DNA of 64,000 nucleotides from Kiritimatiellia bacterium. Its GTDB lineage: Bacteria > Verrucomicrobiota > Kiritimatiellia > RFP12 > UBA1067. The DNA lies in contig JAFXEU010000052.1 in assembly GCA_017520845.1 (NCBI GenBank), positions 93,968-157,967 on the forward strand, written 5' to 3'. Position numbers and translations under genes: made by a program. The notes under the pieces are model-generated. The model searched no databases. It had not been told where the DNA came from and saw only the letters and a program-made list of their open reading frames with translations. Numbering within the stretch: position 1 is the first letter of the stretch; each line of letters begins with the position of its first letter. This document shows positions 59,096 through 64,000 of the stretch, piece after piece.

Positions 59096-59614
59096 TTGAC
59101 CACATTCCTCTCCAATCGTGACATCTACACTTCCGTTGTCTGTGGGATTGTGCCACAGGCGAAGGAACGGTTATGGATTGCTACCGCCGACATAAAGGAT
59201 ATGTATGTTGATACAGGCGGTCGCGACATGGTGCCGTTTTTAGAGGAGCTTGATACTCTAGTGAAGCGCGGCGTTGAGGTGCGACTCATTCATGCGAAGG
59301 ATCCTGGCCCGAACTGGCGGAACGACTTCGACCGCTATCCGACGCTCTGGACGGCGATGGAGAGGATGCTTTGTCCGCGAGTTCATTTTAAGTGTATCAT
59401 CGTTGATGGAGTGAAGGCGTATTTCGGTTCTGCGAATCTCACCGGCGCTGGAATGGGAGCGAAGTCCGAGAAAAAGCGCAATTTTGAGAACGGTGTTTTG
59501 ACTGACGACCCAACACTTGTCGAACCGCTTGTCGAGCAATTCGATTCAGTCTGGCGAGGTGACTTTTGCCGTGAATGTGGTCGACGTAAATTCTGCAGCG
59601 ATCCAGCGGTATAG
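59096..59614 (+). CDS. Single-HKD phospholipase D-family protein (Nuc-like nuclease)
   Basis: HFKCIIVDG..AYFGSANLT...NFENG; C-terminal CxxC..C. Confidence 0.85.
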   Translation: MTTFLSNRDIYTSVVCGIVPQAKERLWIATADIKDMYVDTGGRDMVPFLEELDTLVKRGVEVRLIHAKDPGPNWRNDFDRYPTLWTAMERMLCPRVHFKCIIVDGVKAYFGSANLTGAGMGAKSEKKRNFENGVLTDDPTLVEPLVEQFDSVWRGDFCRECGRRKFCSDPAV

Positions 59615-59650
59615 TTTTTCTCTGTGGGTATTGTTTAAGAAAGAACTGTA

Positions 59651-60133
59651 ATGAAAATCACAATTTTGCCGCGTTCGTATTTTGAAGAGAGGATGGAGGG
59701 TGGTGAAATACGCTCTCTTCTTATTAATCATAAGATTATTTCTATTCAGTCATCATCGGGGTGGGATTCAGTACCTCCATTTCACGAAGAGGTGCGCTCG
59801 CTGCCGAATTTGCTCTGTATTACACTTGATGATTATTTCGCGATTCCTGATGATGAGGATGAGAAAAAACTAGTGGCATTGTTTTCGTATGAAATTGCCG
59901 ATCAGATTATGCGCTTTGTCGATGACGGTAAAATGCCTATAATTATTCATTGCACGGCTGGAATATCTCGCTCTGGTGCGATTGGCAGTGTGTTGAACAG
60001 ATACTACAATAGTATACTTGCCAATAATAAAGAGGATTACGACGCGTTCTTTCTACTGAACAGTAAAATTATGCCTAATCCAAATATTGTTCGCGCGTTT
60101 TCTGAGTTTCTTGATATTGACTCTGTGATGTAA
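59651..60133 (+). CDS. Cys-based protein-tyrosine/dual-specificity phosphatase
   Basis: IIHCTAGISRSGA (HCx5R) and PNPN. Confidence 0.85.
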   Translation: MKITILPRSYFEERMEGGEIRSLLINHKIISIQSSSGWDSVPPFHEEVRSLPNLLCITLDDYFAIPDDEDEKKLVALFSYEIADQIMRFVDDGKMPIIIHCTAGISRSGAIGSVLNRYYNSILANNKEDYDAFFLLNSKIMPNPNIVRAFSEFLDIDSVM

Positions 60134-60222
60134 AAACAGAACAGTTGGTTAAAAATTGAACGATAAATAGGTTAAAAATCTCTGGTTGCCGTCTGATTTC
60201 ATATTGGTACGCTTTTTGCTGT

Positions 60223-60444
60223 GTGTTTGGTATGAAAATTAAACATATATTATATCGCAAGTGGGCGATTGCGATTGTCGCGCTCATTATTTCGGGTAGT
60301 CTCTCGCCAATTGGCATGAGATTACTTGATTATTTTGAAATTAAAGCTCCTCTATCTGATATTATACTGTCTACCATCCTTATTTTGATAGCATGTGTAG
60401 TGTATCGTTTAATATTGAAATATCGCATTAAGGGTGATAAATGA
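60223..60444 (+). CDS. Small membrane protein
   Basis: Two hydrophobic helices; ATGA overlap with the next gene. Confidence 0.5.
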   Translation: MFGMKIKHILYRKWAIAIVALIISGSLSPIGMRLLDYFEIKAPLSDIILSTILILIACVVYRLILKYRIKGDK

Positions 60445-61457
60445 AGCGAATTTTGACTATCAATGTTTTTCGGCAGTGTTTAAACTGTGGATACGAGCGG
60501 TTCGAGCTAGAAGAAGTAATAATAGGCGATAATAATCAGCGAACTTCTAGTGGTTTTATTATTTGTCCTAAATGTAACGGACGCCATTTTGCATTAGTCG
60601 GTTATCGTGATAGGCGAAAGGCTCATAAAGACATGAATTTACCAATTGTATTCGGCAAGACTTCAAACGGAAAAGAAGTTATCCGTGACCTTGTAAGATT
60701 GCCGCACCTATTGATAGGTGGTCTGACAGGTTTCGGAAAGTCTGTCTTTTTGAATTCTCTTATTTGCTCTCTCGTGCAAAACAACCCGCCGGAACATTTA
60801 CGATTCGTTTTAATGGATCCAAAAGGGGTTGAGTTCGGAGCGTATGCTAAGTTGCCGCACCTTTATTCGCCTGTTATTTTTAGACCGGAACAGTGTATGA
60901 CGATGTTGAGATATGTCGAAGCTGAGGAGGAAAGACGGCTCGCGATGTTCGGTGAAAAAGATGTTCGGGATATTTCGGACTTTAAAAATTATCTTGTCGT
61001 TGTTGTAGATGAGTTTTCTGATTATATACTTGAATTGGATGATGCGTTTGTATCGACGTTAAGCCGGATTGCGGCGATAGGAGGGTCTGTGGGCGTACAT
61101 CTTGTATTATCAACCTCCCGCATCGACGTTAAAAATGTAACGGACGAGTTGAAAGCGAATATCCCAAGTCGACTTGCGTTTAGGGTTTGCCGAAAGGAAG
61201 ATTCGCTGACGCTGCTGGATGAAGTCGGAGCGGAGGATCTTCTTGTGCGCGGTGATGCGTTATTTAAAGACAGGGATAGTGAGGTTGTTCAATTGCAAAT
61301 TCCTTACATTTACGATGAGGCGGTCACGCGAATTGTCGATTCGGCGATTGAGCAATATCCAGAGCGAGAGCTTGTTGTCGGGCATTCATTGACAACTGTA
61401 GAGAATGTTATATGCAGGTCTTTTGGGCATATTAATATCGGGGGAGTTCCCGATTGA
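60441..61457 (+). CDS. Zinc-ribbon plus FtsK/SpoIIIE ATPase-domain protein (degenerate)
   Basis: CLNC..CPKC, then LPHLLIGGLTGFGKS, MDPKGVEF, VVVDEFSD, GAEDLLVRGDAL. Confidence 0.8.
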   Translation: MKRILTINVFRQCLNCGYERFELEEVIIGDNNQRTSSGFIICPKCNGRHFALVGYRDRRKAHKDMNLPIVFGKTSNGKEVIRDLVRLPHLLIGGLTGFGKSVFLNSLICSLVQNNPPEHLRFVLMDPKGVEFGAYAKLPHLYSPVIFRPEQCMTMLRYVEAEEERRLAMFGEKDVRDISDFKNYLVVVVDEFSDYILELDDAFVSTLSRIAAIGGSVGVHLVLSTSRIDVKNVTDELKANIPSRLAFRVCRKEDSLTLLDEVGAEDLLVRGDALFKDRDSEVVQLQIPYIYDEAVTRIVDSAIEQYPERELVVGHSLTTVENVICRSFGHINIGGVPD

Positions 61458-61479
61458 TGCGATGATTATGATATAATAC

Positions 61480-62001
61480 ATGGATATGAGAATTGTATTT
61501 TTAAGTGATATTCACGGAGTGCCCTCCACGCTTGAGGCGGCGCTGGCGAAGGCGGATGCGCTCGGGTACGATAAGCTCGTCCTTCTCGGCGATCTTCTGT
61601 ATCACGGACCGCGCAACGGGGTGCCGAGTTTTTACGATCCTATCAAGGTCGTTGAACTGCTGAATGCCCGTGCCGATTCGATTGTCGCCGTGCGCGGCAA
61701 CTGCGACGCCGAGGTCGATCAGATGATGGTCGAGTTTCCCATCATGGAGGATTACAAAATTCTCGACGCGGGGAACAAAAAGTTTTTCTTAACCCACGGG
61801 CATCTTTGGAACGAGTATAAGATTCCGCCGATCGGGATTGCAGACGTGCTTGCGCATGGACACACCCATATTCCGGAACTGAAGACGCTGGAGTGCGGGC
61901 TTCAAATTTTCAATCCGGGTTCCGTCTCTCTTCCGAAGGGCGGCTCCGGGCGTTCGTTCGGTTATTACGACGGCGAAGAACTGAAACATTTTACAATCTG
62001 A
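61480..62001 (+). CDS. yfcE: YfcE-family metallophosphoesterase
   Basis: SDIHG, LGDLLYHGPRN, VRGNCDAEVDQM, THGH, GHTH, NPGSVSLPK. Confidence 0.9.
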   Translation: MDMRIVFLSDIHGVPSTLEAALAKADALGYDKLVLLGDLLYHGPRNGVPSFYDPIKVVELLNARADSIVAVRGNCDAEVDQMMVEFPIMEDYKILDAGNKKFFLTHGHLWNEYKIPPIGIADVLAHGHTHIPELKTLECGLQIFNPGSVSLPKGGSGRSFGYYDGEELKHFTI

Positions 62002-62028
62002 GAAATTTAAAAGGTCATTAATCCCAGA

Positions 62029-62041
62029 GGGGACTGTCCCC
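62029..62041. repeat. Isolated REP palindrome GGGGACTGTCCCC
   Basis: Same palindrome as those flanking the RAYT gene; intergenic, after the yfcE stop. Confidence 0.7.
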
Positions 62042-62158
62042 CCCCTATGCCTTCGCCTTGTGTCCTTTGCTTATTTTGTGAGTTTTCTTTGCTTGATTTT
62101 TTATAGTTGTATTATAGAGAAAATGGTAAACTTGTAACTCTATAAAATATAAATAGAT

Positions 62159-63490
62159 TTGCTTGTTATGAATATCAATAAAATCAATCCAGCGACTCTC
62201 AAAATAACAGACATGCGCTTCGCCGATATTGACGGGGCGCCTAAGCGTTGTACGCTTTTAAAGCTTTACACGAATCAGGGGATCGTCGGCTACGGCGAAG
62301 TGCGTGACGCATCGAGCCGTACGTACGCGGCGATGCTTAAAAGCCGTATTCTCGGCGAAAATCCCTGCAATGTAGAGAAGATTTTCCGCCGTATCAAGCA
62401 GTTCGGCGGCGATTCGCGCCAAGCTGGCGGCGTTTGCGCGGTTGAGTTGGCGTGTTGGGATATCTGCGGCAAGGCGTGGGGTGTTCCCGTCTGGCAGCTT
62501 CTCGGCGGGAAGTGGCGCGACGAGATCCGCTGCTATTGCGATACCGACTCCGAGGGCGGCGGGCGCGATATGGGTCTGGCGCTTAAAGAGCGCATGAAAA
62601 TGGGCTTTACGTTCCTCAAAATGGATCTTGGCATTGAACTTTTGATGAACGTCAAGGACGCGCTTATCGCGCCTCTCGGTTATCTTGAGTATATGCGCAA
62701 GATGAAGAATGTTGTCCAGACTCCGCACGGTTCGATCGATCCTCGCGTGATGCGAGGCGAAGCTTTTGAGCTTTTTACGACAGCGCACGGCCACACGGGT
62801 ATTCATATTACTGAAAAGGGGCTTGATTATCTTGAGAAGTATATGGCTGACGTGCGCGAAGTAATCGGCTGGGAAGTGCCTATCGCCATCGATCATCTAG
62901 GTCATATTCCTTATGAGGACGCCGTTCAGCTGCTGCGCCGCCTTGAGAAATACCATCTTTCCTGGGCGGAGGACGTTCTGCCGTGGCGTAATACCGAGCA
63001 GTGGAAGCAGCTTCATGCCGCCACGACGACACCTCTCGGAACGGGCGAAGATATCTATCTTAAGGAAGATTTCAAGCCGCTTTTGGAGTCTCGTGCTCTC
63101 GCGGTCGTTCATCCCGATCTTCTTACGGCTGGCGGCATCATGGAGACGAAGAAGATCGGCGATATGGCCGAGGATTACGGCGTTCAGATGAATATTCACA
63201 TGGCCGAATCCCCCATCGCCTGTATGGCTGCCGTCCATGTCGCCGCCGCGACGCGGAACTTCATGGCGCTTGAGCTCCACAGCGTGGACGTTCCGTGGTG
63301 GGGCGATCTTGTAAAGCCCGCTCTCCGCTATGACGGCGGCTTTATTGAGGTTCCGAACAAGCCCGGTCTCGGTATTGATGAGCTTAATGAAAAACTCATC
63401 AAGAAGCAGACGTGCGCCGACTTCCCGCCGCCGTGGACGCCGACGAAGGAATGGGATAAGGAATGGTCCAACGATCGCCGCTGGAGCTGA
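62159..63490 (+). CDS. Mandelate racemase/muconate lactonizing (enolase superfamily) enzyme
   Basis: TNQGIVGYGE, VELACWDICGKAWGVPVWQLLGG, KMD, AID, WAED, TGED, HPD, IH, ELH, PNKPGLG. Confidence 0.9.
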   Translation: MLVMNINKINPATLKITDMRFADIDGAPKRCTLLKLYTNQGIVGYGEVRDASSRTYAAMLKSRILGENPCNVEKIFRRIKQFGGDSRQAGGVCAVELACWDICGKAWGVPVWQLLGGKWRDEIRCYCDTDSEGGGRDMGLALKERMKMGFTFLKMDLGIELLMNVKDALIAPLGYLEYMRKMKNVVQTPHGSIDPRVMRGEAFELFTTAHGHTGIHITEKGLDYLEKYMADVREVIGWEVPIAIDHLGHIPYEDAVQLLRRLEKYHLSWAEDVLPWRNTEQWKQLHAATTTPLGTGEDIYLKEDFKPLLESRALAVVHPDLLTAGGIMETKKIGDMAEDYGVQMNIHMAESPIACMAAVHVAAATRNFMALELHSVDVPWWGDLVKPALRYDGGFIEVPNKPGLGIDELNEKLIKKQTCADFPPPWTPTKEWDKEWSNDRRWS

Positions 63491-63529
63491 TTCGAGAGAA
63501 ACAGTTAGTGATTAGCGGTTAGTCGTTCC

Positions 63530-64000
63530 TCATCTCTTCAGCAACGATCCCGCTTTGCGGAATTCGCTCATTGTCATGGAGTAGCGCTTTTTGAAAAGAT
63601 TCTTAAGATAATTGGGATTTTCAAAACCGCAATCCATGGCAATGTTGTCTATCATGTCGCGCGTTTCCACAAGGCGGTGGCGTACGGCGGAAAGGCGTTT
63701 ATCCACTATGGCTTCTAAGATGGATCGACCCTGAAGCTGGCGGAATCGGAGATCCGCCAATCTGCGTGAACATCCAAGATGGGCGACGACGTCCGATACG
63801 TTGATTCCTTTTGTCGCATGAGTGTCGATATACGCTATCGCCTTCTGAACAAGTCTGCCGGCGTGGGAAATTTCGGCCGTCGATTCGCGGCGGACAATGC
63901 ATTTTACGCCGGCATATAATTTTTGGACGGGCATAGGCGAAGAAGAGTTCATCATCGTGTCCAGGATTTCAGCGGCCATAAAACCTTCGGCTTCAAAATC
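63530..64000 (-). CDS. XylR-type AraC family regulator (5' part outside window)
   Basis: DFEAEGFMAA...IVRREST followed by an AraC HTH (IAMDCGFENPNYLKNLFKKRYSMT); frame open to the window edge. Confidence 0.85.
   Translation of the reverse strand, partial: DFEAEGFMAAEILDTMMNSSSPMPVQKLYAGVKCIVRRESTAEISHAGRLVQKAIAYIDTHATKGINVSDVVAHLGCSRRLADLRFRQLQGRSILEAIVDKRLSAVRHRLVETRDMIDNIAMDCGFENPNYLKNLFKKRYSMTMSEFRKAGSLLKR

Noticed and set aside
44000-61460. Prophage or integrative element
   Set aside because: No integrase, structural genes, tRNA target or att repeats were seen.

Overview
Bacterial chromosome segment spanning the replication origin. Genes run on the - strand left of ~32.6 kb and almost all on the + strand from mnmG onward. 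The lineage is probably PVC-group/Kiritimatiellia-like; this is an inference from protein style and is not proven. Left arm: an operon of giant secreted proteins (one split by a single in-frame TAA), three ~253-bp fold-back repeats around a GxxExxY PD-(D/E)XK nuclease gene, two secreted proteins (one behind a poly-C promoter spacer), a RAYT transposase with GGGGACWGTCCCC REP palindromes, then mnmE and housekeeping/sugar genes. Centre: mnmG carrying four parS sites inside its reading frame, then dnaA-oriC-dnaN with non-canonical TTATCAACA DnaA boxes, and a third box cluster at ~39.95 kb. Right arm: an accessory/defence-like island with ORF6N/RhuM genes and remnants, a tightly coupled NurA-HerA-membrane protein-DGQHR-GHKL ATPase-radical SAM operon (best candidate for an undescribed system), a sigma54 activator, a broken RhuM-Fic gene, two UDG-like proteins, a PLD nuclease, a Cys phosphatase and a degenerate FtsK. 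No rRNA, tRNA or CRISPR array was recognised. All family calls are from motif recognition by eye, not database searches.
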